Positions 48,488 through 61,420 of a stretch of DNA of 64,000 bases are shown here, in pieces. Numbering within the stretch: position 1 is the first letter of the stretch; every line of letters begins with the position of its first letter. The stretch is from the sequence record LR535904.1. One strand, 5' to 3'. Under the pieces are notes generated by a model. That model searched no databases. It was not told the DNA's origin and saw only the letters and a program-made list of their open reading frames with translations. Made by a program: the position numbers and the translations under genes.

Positions 48488-48520
48488 ATAGGCCCCGAAG
48501 GGCCTATTTTCTTTTTTTAG
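48488..48520 (+). terminator. Intrinsic terminator
   Basis: ATAGGCCC-cgaa-GGGCCTAT followed by a T tract. Confidence 0.75.
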
Positions 48521-48640
48521 TCGGCTCATTCAGCGGGATAATCCCCAACACGCAGGTCGAATCAGCTGGAGTTAAAGGGATTCTTAGCTAACAGGAGCTA
48601 ATATGGGGTTTTACTCATCCACTGCACTTGAGCTGTTGTG
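48521..48640 (+). pseudogene. Truncated type-B paralog remnant, 30 codons
   Basis: Reordered: AGGAG RBS, MGFYSSTALELLCRLIQRDNPQHAGRISWS*, versus MGLYSAPELELLCQQ..RDNPELAGRISADSIG of B3. Confidence 0.6.
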
Positions 48641-49540
48641 ACTCACCATCGTACACCTCTTCGACCAATAGCGCGTCGGTAGTCCACGTTATCGAACTGG
48701 CATTGTTTGCCAACGGTTATGACAACGCCACCCCCTGGTACTATCGCAGCAACTCACCAGTAAGACGTTTTGGCGACTTACCGACGCGCTCCGGCGGTAG
48801 TCCAACCGATTCAAGCGCAAATTTTCAAGACGGCGAGTGGCACAACACGTTCGCAAGCTTGTTCCGCTACGCGGGCGTCGGTTTGCCTCGACTCGGAGAC
48901 TACAGTTATGGGCACAGCACCTACCTAAGCAGCGGTGGTTGCGTCTCTACCACTAACCAGCGTCGGACATTTAATAAAGACGGTTACGAGTATGTGGTAC
49001 ACGAACAATACCAGCAAGGTCTGGCCTGGGGAACAGATGACTACGGTTTCCCGCCACGGATTTTCAAAGGACGCATTCTGTTCATTCCTGACACGGTGAC
49101 CCGTTTAGGGACGACGTGGATGAATGGTTTAATTGGCTTTAATGCCTGGAACCAAGCTCCAACATTGTTCCATAAATTCGGGCATCGTGGCTACTTTGGC
49201 ACACTGACAAACGAAGAATTTATTCTTAACCATGCCGAGCTTGTACAGGGCGACTTTCCAATGACAGGACCCGGCCCACAGGAACTTATTCGTGGCGACT
49301 AAACGTATCAATATCGCATCGTGGCGGTAAAGGGCACTGAAAAGGTTATGGGGCTGCCGACTATTGTAACACTACCAGGTAACACAACGACGTACGAGGA
49401 CAAGACCACCGAAGCGTATATTGAAATCTATCGTTACGACAACCCTAGACAAAGTGTTAACCCAGTAGCACCGGGGGAACAGTAAAACATGTCGATTATC
49501 TTAAACTGGAAACAACAGCCAGGCCAGACTTTAGATTCCA
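48581..49540 (+). CDS. Virion protein type C3 (Fn3-like N-domain + GPGPQ domain), about 300 aa
   Basis: Reordered: MSIILNWKQQPGQTLDSIEIYRYD..TYEDK..YQYRIVAV..TGPGPQELIRGDWHRGYFG; track stop at 49302 is junction-made. Confidence 0.75.
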
Positions 49541-50560
49541 TTACGTTAATTGACAGTGCTGAGAAGGTCGGTTTGTACGCATTCGTTATCGAGTTAGTGG
49601 GTGGGTCTGCGCCTACCGATTCAAGTATAACCAATACGTCGAAACGTAACCTCTCCCAAGACCAAGGCAAAGGTTTCTTGTGCCAAGAACGTGATCCTGA
49701 ATCGGGATTAGTTCTGGTTCAAATGCTCCCTAACTGGACTAATATCAGTCCAGCGTCCATTTATGGGAGCGGTAGCGCTTATGGTCGCTGCGAATATAAC
49801 GATTTTGTTTATCCGTTCGGAGATTGTATCCCTAACAAACAACCGACAGTAATGACGTTGGATGAATCGTTGCGAAACGCAGACCATGATGACTTGGAAT
49901 TTGAATGGCAAGGCGACACCTATCGGATGCGATTGCTGCGCGGTTTAACCGACGGGGACGATGGATTTGGTCCTGATAACGGACGTGGTGATTTGGCTGG
50001 TGTTGACCAGAGTGGGTTGTTTAACTCTACACTTTACTCGTGGAATGACATTTATAACGCGGGGCTTGTGTACGGTGTTGTCATGAACAAGTTTTATCGT
50101 CATGGTAAAGTTTACTACATGATGAACAGCGGCGGACGATATGACGCGTTGCCTGCAGGCTTTCGTGCATTAACAGGGATGTCGGGCACGGGCACGCTAA
50201 ATTCCGATACTGACGACTTGGCGTTTCTGGGGCAGTTGCCGTTCGAAGAACAGATGACCTCACAAAAATCCATTGTCATTAAAAACCGTCGTGGTGTGGG
50301 TGGCGTCGACCAGATTAACTTTAACACCCGTTACTGGTATCTTTTAACAGTAACTGTTAACGGTCGTACCGTAGGTAGTCCAGCCCCTATTGCAACTTTA
50401 AGTAATGGCGAAACGGAATGGACGGACGAAACCGTTATTCCGGCAGGTTCAATTGTTAACATTTATCGGGGCACGGCTAAAATAAATACAGCCGCATTAC
50501 GTTGAACGGCTTCTAAGGAGTAACAGATGGCTTTCACACTACGCTGGAAAAATGAAAATC
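49481..50560 (+). CDS. Virion protein type A3, about 332 aa
   Basis: Reordered: MAFTLRWKNENPAGSIVNIYRG..PIATLSNGETEWTD..YRMRLLRGL; ends FVIELVE*. Confidence 0.75.
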
Positions 50561-52000
50561 ACTACCGCCTACTCAGGCAGAACCTCCACTTAAAACAGAT
50601 TTAGCAACCGCGAACGGTGACAGCGTAGGTACAGTTAGGCCGATGGTTGTACTTGAACCACACGTCGACGCACCGCGTCCCCCGATTGTGGTGGGTGAAC
50701 CAAACGTCGATACTGCGCTGCCGTTATCGACAGTGTCGAAGACAACAGATGCGCCGAGACCTCTAGCAACAACTGCGGAACAGGTGGAAGAACCTATCAG
50801 TATTCCTAATGTACCATCACCACAACCTGATAGCATTCGCCCTCTTGCAGTCGAGGTTGCGGACGACATCGTCTTACCTTTAGCTGATGTGGAAGGGGAT
50901 GTTGTGTGGCGCGTTAGGGTTGAATGGGTAACCCTTACAGATACCACTTACTGGTGGCCTGTTTTAGAGGAAATCAATAAACTGTTAACCGGGGGTAACC
51001 CTGTTAAAGTACAACGTTGCAATATGCGTGGTGGCTCAGTGGGTGGCGACTGGGCAAATGACACCACGTTAACCAGAACCACCGTCTTCTTCACGCAACA
51101 CCCTGATTTATCAAAGGCCACGCCGTTGTGGCTTATTTCACAACTCGGTGACGGTTCTACGATTGTCACGAAAACTGAGAATAACAAGACGCATTATTAC
51201 CGTGTCTCCGTTCCGGTTAGTTTCGGTACAGGAGGCGCTGGTCCGTATCCAGACGGTATCGAACCTGTTGACCAGGCTTTTCTACCGACTACCGGAACGT
51301 TAACAGCAACCTGGACGGCCCTTTATCAAGCGGGTGCCATTGCCCCAACGAAAATGACTTTCGAGTGGTTGAAATTTTTCAAGGACGGTAAGATTGTTTA
51401 CGTTTCTCAGCAAGAGTTATTTACCTTTGCTGAACTAAACAACCTAATTCGTCCTGATGTTTCTGGGCCAGGCAATAAATATTTGTTGGCAGGGGACAGC
51501 ACAAACGGATACTTCGGCCAATGCTATCGCGGCTATATCCCGGTCGATTATTTGAATGAAGCCGTGGGCTACTATCCAGACGCGCCTATCAAATCGCTGG
51601 CAACGCCAACACGTATTAATTTAACCGCGTATAATAGCGTCCCAGCTCTACGCGATTTATACGGTGTTTGGTTATCTGATAGCAGTGTACAGTCGGTAGA
51701 ATTTAAAATAGCTCCGCGCGTCTACGTACCACAAACGGCCAAGACCGTGCGGGATCTTCTCGGTAAAGGTTTCTCTGGGGAGTGCACGGTTTATTACGAC
51801 CGTTTAACATTATCAGATCTTATTCCTGCCGAGACCACTAAGAATGGTCGTAACACGGTAATTACGTTGGTAGGAAAACCCGTAAGGGATAACCCTGAAC
51901 TCGCAGGAAGAATCAGCGCTGATTCGATTGGGGTGAGGGGAACAGGAGACTTCATGGGATTGTATAGCGCACCCGAACTGGAATTACTCTGCCAACAAGT
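50501..52000 (+). CDS. Virion protein type B3, about 480 aa
   Basis: Reordered: MGLYSAPELELLCQQ..RDNP..GRNT..YYDRL..SGPGNKYLLAG..WLKF..WWPVLE..NGELNGF*. Confidence 0.75.
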
Positions 52001-52900
52001 GGAGTAACTACGGTACCACTACAATACGCTCCATTGCGGTACTTGAACTCGTTCTGCCTTCTATGAATAACACGTCCAGTCAGTGGTACAACCGTCTACC
52101 TTACCCTGAGTCGCCGTCGTACGACATTCCGGTCGGTCCAATCGATTCGGTTACTGCCCAACAATCTGCATTCTTTGCGGGTGAGTGGTTTAACACCTTC
52201 GCGCGCCTGTACAACTACAGTGGGCAGTTTCCGCGCTTTGTCGACTACAAATTCTGGACGTCTTACGTTGGAAGCGGTAACACTGAGTTGTATCTCGACG
52301 ACCAACGGCGCACGGTGACGAAAAACGGTTACGAATACGTGGTGCGCTTGCCGTATTTGTAGGGGATGATGTACGGCCAGGATGGCAATGGATATGTACC
52401 GGGCTGGGCTACTGCACGTAGTATTCTGTTTATGTCCGATAACTCGATAATAAACGCTAGCCCGCAGTTCATTTATAACCTCGTGGTGAATATGTTCAGT
52501 TCCGCCGTTGGTGCCTGGCATAAATTCATTTACAAAAACCCTGGATACTTTGGAACAGTAACGCCAGCAGAGTTATTCACTAACACGGAACTGAACGGCC
52601 AAGGGTTCTTTTTAGACACCGGGCCTGGCCCCCAGAAACTGTTATACGGCGACTGGCACGACCGTTATTGGATAGCTGCGGTTAAAGACGGTGAGCGTGT
52701 CTTCAACACCCCTACCGCCCCAACCCTTCCGGGTGACGCTACATCGTACGAAGACAACGCTGTGGAAAACAACACCACTTTCTATCGCAAGACGCCGGGC
52801 AACGCCACCATTGATGTTAATGCACCGGGAACGCCTCTGGTCATGCCTATTACATTACACTTTGCACAACGGAAGCCACAGGCGCTCGATAGCATCGAAA
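51941..52900 (+). CDS. Virion protein type C2, about 299 aa
   Basis: Reordered: MPITLHFAQRKPQALDSIEIYRK..TGPGPQKLLYGDWHAGYFG; the two track ORFs join across a junction TAG at 52362. Confidence 0.75.
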
Positions 52901-53920
52901 GTCCCTGGTGCGACCGTGGGCGGTATTTGGATTCCAGTAATCGAGCTTATCGAGGATTAACGCGGATGGGCGGCGGCGGATTCCACTGATACCGTGGATA
53001 ACCTCCAGCGTATACAACATGTGGCAGGCCGTGGGGCGCATTGTCAGGAGTTTGACCCAGAACGTAAGTTGGGGCTGACGAAAAAAGTGATGTCCCTGAT
53101 AAAGTGGTCGAACTCCAGCATATTCGGAAATGGATCGCTGACTGCCGATAGCGAATACAACCGACTCATCTATGGGATAAGTAGCTGGTTCCCAGAAAAG
53201 AGCCCGGTCATGACACTCGATGCACAGTGGGACGGTAAACTCCATGACGCGTCACCGTATACGTGGTTGGGTGACCGCTATCGGATGCGCCTGCTGCGCG
53301 GTTTAACACTCGACAGTGAAGGACCTGGTCCGGAAGGCGGTCATGGCGATTTACCTGACGTTGACCAGGCTGGGGAGTTTGGCAACACGCTGTATAGCCG
53401 TGATGCGATTTATAACGCGGGTTTGCTGTACGGTGTGGCGTTGATGAAGTTCCAGCTAGACGGTAAAATTCTGTATCTGTTTAGTGGTCTTCGTGTGAAC
53501 GGTGATTATCCGCCAGGGTTTGTGGCCCTTTCTGGATACGACCCAACTGTTAAGCCGGGCTACGGTGATGACCGCTTTGCGTATTACGGGTACGTGGCGT
53601 ACGGTGAATTACCTAGCGCGAGTCCGCAGAAATCAATTCTAATTCAGAACCGTCGCGGTATCGGCATCGTGGCTCCACAGATACTGGGGACAACGTATTA
53701 CTACATGACCACCGTGACAGTGGGAAGTCGGACACTGTTCTTACCTGAACCTCTGGCAACGTTCACTAACGGGGAAACTGAGTATACTGACCGAACAGCG
53801 AACCCTGGGGCTTCGACCGTGAAGCTGTACCGCGACACCAAACCTCTGGTGCGTACGGCATTGGATGGATTCCAATAAGAGGTAACGACAATGGCTTTTA
53901 CAATTCGTTGGACGAACAAT
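52901..53920 (+). CDS. Virion protein type A2, about 329 aa
   Basis: Reordered: MAFTIRWTNNNPGASTVKLYRD..PLATFTNGETEYTD..YRMRLLRGL; ends WIPVIELIED*. Confidence 0.75.
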
Positions 53921-55420
53921 CTCACGACTGACCAAATCGCCCAACCTTCAAAAATTACTCTGGGCGATACTAACGGTGAGGAACGTGCATATTCCGTCGC
54001 GGTAACAGGCATGGCTAGCGTTAAGATTAGACCGATTATTTGGCTGCGGGAAGCGTCATCAGACTCACCACGTCCTCTGCTTGCCGCGACGGACAATGAT
54101 GCAGCGAATCCACGTCCGTTAGTTTTCAACACCGACAACACCGAATCTGCCACCCCTGCCCTGACGGACATCGACCAAAATGAATCGCTTCGTGTGGTGC
54201 CTATTACGGAAACCTCCGCCGAACCTGTGCCGTTGATTGACGAAGGTGCAGAATTAACATGGGCACCGTCCGTGGTTACTACCTACATCTACACCTCTTC
54301 TGGCTTTTGGCCAATCCTGGAGATGTTTGATGTTGCCAATCACCAGTTCGGTGCCGACCAAGCGTATTACCAGTCTATCAGTGCGAGCTATCGTTCAAAC
54401 GGGGAGTGGGGAACTCTTAGCACGACTGATGCTAACTTCCTGGATTACGTGTGGTTACGACCGCCGTCAATCACCTCTATCCTGTCACTGACCAGCAAAT
54501 TGGGGTCGGTGAACGTATATTATTTCAGAATGTCTATCCCGTATTACACCGAGAACGCCGCCGCGCCTGATTGGAGTAAAACACCTGTCGATGTTGAACA
54601 GTTGAAATACATGGTAAAACGGGATGATGAAGGAACGCATTACAACAAGGGTGCAATATTTGATTCCGGAGACGCAGGACCTCGCCCGAAGTCGACTTAC
54701 AATGGGGCGGTAGTGTTTGTTCCGACCCGTGCGATTTGCAACGTTACCTGGGCAGACCTGCTCTATAACGGCACCACCTGGCCTAACCGCTACGCTATCA
54801 AGTGGCTCAAATTCTTTCTGGGATTCTTTGGGCTGGTAAGCGCGGAAGAGTTATTCACATCTGATGAAATGGTGTATGCCGCGATGTATCCGAAGTCGGG
54901 TCCTGGGCCAAAAGGATTAATGGCTGGTAATGAGTTATACCACGCTAACTCCTTGTGTTATACCGGGTCATGCAAGATGACCTATGTTTACGAACCGATT
55001 ACCAGTCCAAACGTTGCATTAATGAAATACGCTACGCCGGAAACTGTAACTCTGACGGCGGCGGAAGCGTTACCGGCGTTCAATGAATTGAACGGGTTGA
55101 ACTTAACCGCGAGTGATATCGCCAGTCTATTTAAGTCTGGCCCGAAGATGGCGAGTATTCCACGTAGCGCACAAACCCATGGTAAACCCGGTAAAGGATT
55201 TGCTGGGGAAATAACGGTCTATTACGACCGGTTGAATCTGGTCAGGGGTGTTCCTGTTGCGAAAAACGTTAACGGACGAAACACACAGATTACGTTGGTA
55301 CAACAAATTGTGCGTGACAATCCCAGTTTAGCAGGAAAAATCACCGCCGACTCCATTGGGTACCGTAACGGAGTAAAAGCCATGGGGTTGTATACAGAAC
55401 CTTCAATGGAACTGCTCTGC
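53861..55420 (+). CDS. Virion protein type B2, about 498 aa
   Basis: Reordered: MGLYTEPSMELLCQQIVRDNP..GRNT..YYDRLNL..SGPGPKGLMAG..FWPILE..NGELDGFQ*. Confidence 0.75.
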
Positions 55421-56380
55421 TTACTAACACTTCGGGTGTCGGGATCGCAGCCACGATGTTCTTTGCTTTTGAATTAGTCTTGGCACCGCTGTGGAGCAAC
55501 AACATATTTGCTTATGCGTACGGTTATGCGCCGGCGGGAATTGACTCGCTTACGATACAAGGTTCAACCTCCCAGCCGAGCGAAACGGGTGCCGCTGCGT
55601 ACACGATGGGTCGTTTATACCCAATCAGCTCGCAATTCCCACCTATCGGTCTTGGTGCTAACGCAGTCCCGTACGACGCGGCTCTCTCGGGACAAGATTA
55701 CAACAACGGCGAATGGCGGACGACTAAACAAGACTGTAAGGTTACAAAAGACGGCCGCACGTACCGAATCCGTTTACCCTAGTACGGCATGATGTACGGT
55801 ACCGACGATGACGGGAGCGTAGTCCCGCAGGGCGCGACAGGAATAGTGTTCTTCCCAGCGACTATGCATTCGAGAAGTAACTCGGTACAAATGGCGTATC
55901 AACAGGGTAACATGCTGACCAACGATCCCCAGGAATGGCACAAGTTTATTTTCCATGGGCGTACAGTACCGAATACCGAGTTCTTTAATACCGCTGAGCT
56001 GAAGCTTATGTTGACCGCGCCAGACACCGGACCGGGTCCACAAACTATTTTGCGAGGCGATTGGGCTTCGGGTTATTTCGTGGCTGCTGTAAAAGACAAC
56101 GAGCGTCTTATTGGCAGCCCGATTACGCAAGGGTTCTATCCGGTAGAGTTCGTAGACGACATTGATACCCTGACGAAGAATACGACCTATCGTTATTGGG
56201 GGAACGCAACAATCGACGTTTACAACCCAGGTACACCACACGCGACCTTATCAGGCAGTGGCTGGCCATCTCAAGCCAGCAAAGGTCTTACCGCGATTGA
56301 AATCTATCGCAAGGAAGGCTGGCGTTACTACCCTATCTTTGAACTGGTTGAGTAAGGGGCAGTCATGACTATACGGTTAA
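55361..56380 (+). CDS. Virion protein type C1, 307 aa
   Basis: Reordered in full: MTIRLSWPSQASKGLTAIEIYRK..TGPGPQTILRGDWASGYFG..FFAFELVLP*; the two track ORFs join across a junction TAG at 55782. Confidence 0.75.
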
Positions 56381-57400
56381 CCGGTGGAACACCCGTATCC
56401 GCGATTCAGCGTATAAACTATTTATCACCCACCACGAAAGTCTGTATGGAACACGACACCACGGAAGACCGTGTGCTCCATCGTGGTATTTTTAACAATG
56501 ATACTTTTCTGGGGCAGGGTACTTTGGGAACCTCGGCAACGTATTTCGGCGGTGGTGTTCACACGATGGTTAACGAGGTGCCGTGGAAACAGCGTTGGGC
56601 TAACTGGGCAACGAACAGTTGGAAAACCCATGATGAAATCGCTTCTCTAACCAACCCGTGTGAGTATAACGATTTGCTTTCTCGCGGCCTGACGATGTCT
56701 AGCGAGCCGCCTGCGTATCCTTTCGTAGCTGACTATAATGCGGCCACTCCACAAGACGCTAAGATAGTCCACAAAGGGGATACGTACATTATGCGTCTTC
56801 AAGCTGGTTTAGTCTACGGTACGGGCGATGCTGGCCCAGAGAACGGCCATGGAGCGCTACACATGCTATCTAACACGTCGCAGTTCCCGAATACGCCTGT
56901 GGACTGGGCTTCCCTCTATCCTAATCTATTAACCGATCGTGTGGCGTTGTATAAATTTACCCGAAACGGGAAAATCTATTTTCCTTACGACGAACAATGG
57001 CTTCCGTCGCAAATGCCACCTGCATTTTTGGCGATGTTCCGTGGGATTGGCCCAATGACTATTCTAAACGGTAACGACCGTTTAGGGTTTATGGGTGCGG
57101 TAACCGCCAACGGTAAAACAGTGGCATCGTCTAGCCAGAAATACACCATTGAGATAAAGCAGACAGAATGGCGTGATACCACCGCCGCACCAGGCGCAAC
57201 CTATTATTACCTTCTGACGGACGTTAAAGATATCACACCGAGCGCTTTGCCTGAACCGATTGCAACGCTCTCAAATGGCGCTTTTACTTTGCGTTGGAAA
57301 AATCCAAACGTAATCTCTACGGTAGTAAAAATCTACCGTGACATCGTTAACGTCACTTAACGGTGAACTGGACGGCTTTAAGTAGAGGTATCATCCATGT
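56321..57400 (+). CDS. Virion protein type A1, about 332 aa
   Basis: Reordered: MSFTLRWKNPNVISTVVKIYRD..PIATLSNGETEWRD..GIGPMTILNG; ends YYPIFELVE*. Confidence 0.75.
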
Positions 57401-58780
57401 AAGACAGTCGACTTCCAACCCATTGCGGCTACCGCTGAAATGTATACGCCACCCGACAAGCCGGTAGTTGTTACTTCAGAAAACAGTTTCGCACTGCATC
57501 CGCCTGCTTTAATGCTGCCGGAAAACACGTTTAGTCTCAAGCCGTTGGTGCTCGGTAATCCAGATACTACCGATTTCGAAGGTTTAGAAGATATCCATGG
57601 TGCGGTAGATTACAGTCTCCAACCGTGCAGCGTGTCCGCAGCAGGCAACTACTACTGGTTCCCGGTGCTAGAGTTGGTGGATAAGTCCACAGTTACCTTG
57701 AATCATCGCATGGCGACGTTGTCTGGAGCCAGTTGGACAAACTTAGGAAAATCATCGAGCATTAACAGTTACTGGACGCTGTTCTGTTTATTGAAAGATA
57801 CACTGAACACCAACGTCGCCTTAGCAGGTAGTGAGTTTGAGATGTTCAACTTTCTGTATAATGGAACGTGGGACAAACCGGTTCGTCTACCTAGTGCCGG
57901 GAAAGACCCATACGTCAGCGGCACCCCAACTGCCGCTGAGGTTAACCAGGGACGCATCATTAGCTTTACAGGCGCAGACAACAAAAGGTTTTACTTCCGC
58001 TATACAAACGGACTCGTTTACGGAACAGACGATAATGGTAAATACCCTGCGGCGACGCCCGGTAGGGTTATTTACCTCCCGATTAGTCCTGTCGCTAGCT
58101 CCATCTCCTGGAATACGTTAGCCGGTGCGTTACCACCGGTACATTCTGGTGCCGAAGGTTGGTACAAGTTCTTTTACCAGGGAACAACCACAATTGCAGA
58201 GTTGTTTACACACTCTCAACTTCTTAATGCCACTATATCGCCCGATTCTGGACCTGGCCCTAAAACGTTGCTGCAAGGTAACACTATCGCGGGTTATTTC
58301 TGCCCTGCGTTTACAGGCAGCTTAACGATACGTTATACCGTCCCGAGTGGTGCAATTTACGCAAGTTTACCTAAACCGAGCGCTTCGCCGCAGACGTTGA
58401 AATTAAATATCTCAGGTAATCCTGCAATAAACGACGCATTGGGGCTTACATTAGTTGCTTCTGATTTGCAGTCACCTGACTTTAATTTTGTGCCGACTGT
58501 GGCTATCAAAGATACAGTCTTAACGGTACGAGACGCGCTAGGGACAGGTGTACAAGGTAATGTTACCGTGTACTACGACCGGATTAACCTGGCCACTTTA
58601 GGCCCAACTTCAGTTACGTTAAACCAGCGTAACACCAAAGCTGTTTTCACCGGGTATCCAAATCGGGATAATCCTGATTTAGTTGTTAAGCTGACGCCGG
58701 CTATCGCTGCTTTAACCAGCTGCGGAGTCCCTATGCTATTTTACTCGAAGGAGTCGGCACTGCTTGTATACGACCAAGTC
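57341..58780 (+). CDS. Virion protein type B1, about 470 aa
   Basis: Reordered: MLFYSKESALLVYDQVNRDNP..QRNT..YYDRINL..SGPGPKTLLQG..YWFPVLE..LNGELDGFK*. Confidence 0.75.
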
Positions 58781-59680
58781 GGCGTACTACCACTATAACA
58801 GCTAAGTGTAGGGGCTCTTCGGAGCCCCATCTTTTGGCGACAAATCGTACGACCGCGTGGTTATCCAAACGGGCATCGATGAGGAAGGCGTGAAAGGCGT
58901 GGGGCCACTGAACAGTAACACCGTTCAGGATGTGCCGACTTCCACCGCTCAGTTCGCTAACCTACCGCAGTGGGCTGGTTTGCGTAAGGTGTTGGATGAC
59001 CTGGGTATTCCGAACTACGCGTTGACGTACGGTATTGACTTTACCGCGTATAAAAACCTACTGACAGTAGATGCTTCTGGTGTCTTGAATGCGATTCAAG
59101 AGCCTATTTCACCGTCTCTCGGTAAGAAGTGTATTGATTTTTCTGCGACGTTGCGTTATAACCGTGGTTTACCGGTACTAGACACTTCGGTGAAATCAGA
59201 CCCAAATTACACCAATACACAGACCATTGCAGCGCTATCGACATCTCCGGCTTATATCGGTTACGGAGTAAACTTCTCCGCAATCGATATCCAAAACTAC
59301 TCACTGTTTGGTGCCAATACGCAGTTCGTCACGTTTGACGCGCCCAACCTCCACTCAGCCTTTTCGGTGCTCTTGGATACCGTTTACTACGACCGTGTGA
59401 ACTTAGCGCGGTTATTGCCGTGGGGTCCTTCTGTCCAGGCCCGCAATACGTCGGCACGCTTGCGCGGTATTCAGGGTTCCGGATTTCGAGACGCAATCAC
59501 GCCGGCAAACTGCTACGTGGAGAAAGTGACGCAGGTTCCCGTTAATGCAGCTTCCAACAAAAACGAGTTGGTCTTTGACCTCATTAACCGGGATAACCCA
59601 AACCTACCTATTAAAGCGTCGTTCAACGATCTGGACGATCCAAGCGAGGTATAATTGATGATCAACTATGCTAAGCCGTC
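58781..59680 (+). CDS. Virion protein, RNT/YDRL family, about 275 aa
   Basis: Reordered: MINYAKPSNELVFDLINRDNP..NRNT..YYDRVNL; ends GVKGVAYYHYNS*. Confidence 0.75.
58811..58836 (+). terminator. Intrinsic terminator
   Basis: GGGGCTC-ttcg-GAGCCCC-atctttt. Confidence 0.75.
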
Positions 59681-60580
59681 TGCGCTGGTGTTGAAACTGC
59701 CTGTTACCTGTACCACCATCGTCGGAACGTTGTATCTCCAGGTTATCAGCGTTGGTCTGAATGACCCTGTTGCAATGCCGACAAACGCGAAGTACAAGTA
59801 TATCACGGGTACTGCATGGGTAGCGACCACCTCCGCTTCCTACGGTTTGGCGGGCGCGGAATACGTGCCGGGTATTCTGTCCGGACAGCCGTTAACGGAT
59901 ATGGTTAACCTGCTGAAAGACATTGCAGAGGTTTATTCCTACCCGTACAACTTCACCAAATACCGTGATGAGTTGCTGGCCGTCCTGACCGGTCTGAAAT
60001 ACCCGAACGGTCAGATGGGTTCCGAAACCGTTACTGCGGTACAGGCGACATTTAAAGTCGTGAAAGGCGATGAGTCGTTAGTCTCTGCGGTCACCACTAA
60101 TGATAAGACCGAAGGAACTGTGCGTGTTGTTGCACATCCTGAGTCTATCGGTTGGGTTGGACGTTACGGTTTTGTTCTGGAAGAAGCTGACCTGCAGGAC
60201 GCAGATATCGAATGGAACGGCACGTTGGCGATCGGCCCATCCAACGAAACCTTGTATGCGGCCATTCCTGGACTGAACCATAAGAAAAATGTCTTCTACA
60301 ACCGCATGAAAGTCGAAGACTTGTTAGTGTTGATTGGTGATAACCGTAACACGCAAATTAAAATTACGGCAGATGGGGTAACGGGCTCTACCTGGTCGGG
60401 GACTGACATCATCTGGTCCTCGCCAAAGGACATCCGTGGTACGGAGAAGGAAACGCTGACACCTTCTAAAGACGTCCTGTTGGCAGCAGTGAACGCACAG
60501 AACTCGCTTGCTGTTAAGATGTAATCGGCGAGTGTATGTTGCACTACAACAACTAGGAATTAGCGAATGGCTATTTATCA
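59621..60580 (+). CDS. Virion protein, RNT/YDRL family, about 295 aa
   Basis: Reordered: MAIYQPSKDVLLAAVNAQN..NRNTQIKI..FYNRM; ends GTLYLQFNDLDDPSEV*. Confidence 0.75.
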
Positions 60581-61420
60581 ACCGCCAATAAAGCGTACGA
60601 TAACGTATTGCTGATTACCGGCATTCAGAACGACCCGAAAGTACCGTCGTTTGATCCGACGAACTGCACAATTACCCGCTACAAAACGAGTGAGTTGGCG
60701 GGAAGTAACTTTGATTTGGGTTACACGTCCAATCTGATGGCCACATTGGTCGCACGTGGGGAAGACTTTACCGATGAAGTGCAGGTTATGGCCTCGTTTA
60801 AGAACGGGCGAATGGACGTATTGAACCACCCTGCAGCAGCAAGCACTGGTAAGAAATACATGGGCTTCTTGACGTACGGGATGTCTATCCGGGGCAAGAA
60901 TAGTCTCGAAGACCTCGTGGTAAACGACATCTTGTCGGCTGTAAACAACACGATGCGTATTAACGCTAGCTGTATCCAATACACTGGCAGCATCACCTTT
61001 GGTCGTTATGGATTAAACCTGGTTGCAGACGATATCCCAGAACAATACGTTTATCTGAACAATGCCTACGGTTGGTTGAACGTGGAGTCGAAACGTACTG
61101 CGTTTGCGCAGAACCTGAACTATAAGCGCTTGTCGCTGAACGACTTATTTAAGAACATGACACCTCAGGTAACTGCACCGACTGAGATTATCATTCGTGG
61201 TCGTCAAGGTCGTGGCTATATCGGTCCTCAGACGTTCCGTTTAGACAATGCTATCATCGGTACGCCGAAAGCAATCACACCGACAGCAAGCGGTGCCAAT
61301 CGACAATATCTGTACGATGCGATTAATGCCGAAAACCCGGATGCTGTTCTACCGATGGGTTGGCTACTCCTTTCTTTTTTGGCCGAGGAGGCTATTATGG
61401 CTTTATATAGTCTGTCTCAG
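60521..61420 (+). CDS. Virion protein, RNT/YDRL family, about 279 aa
   Basis: Reordered: MALYSLSQRQYLYDAINAENP..ANTEIII..GYIG..YKRLSL; ends IGECMLHYNN*. Confidence 0.75.

Noticed and set aside
31358-55782. TAG stop-codon reassignment or readthrough joining adjacent ORFs (31360, 33880, 52362, 55782)
   Set aside because: Each stop is formed by bases from two different blocks and disappears on reordering. TAA does the same at 10601 and 49302, and real genes here end in TAG.
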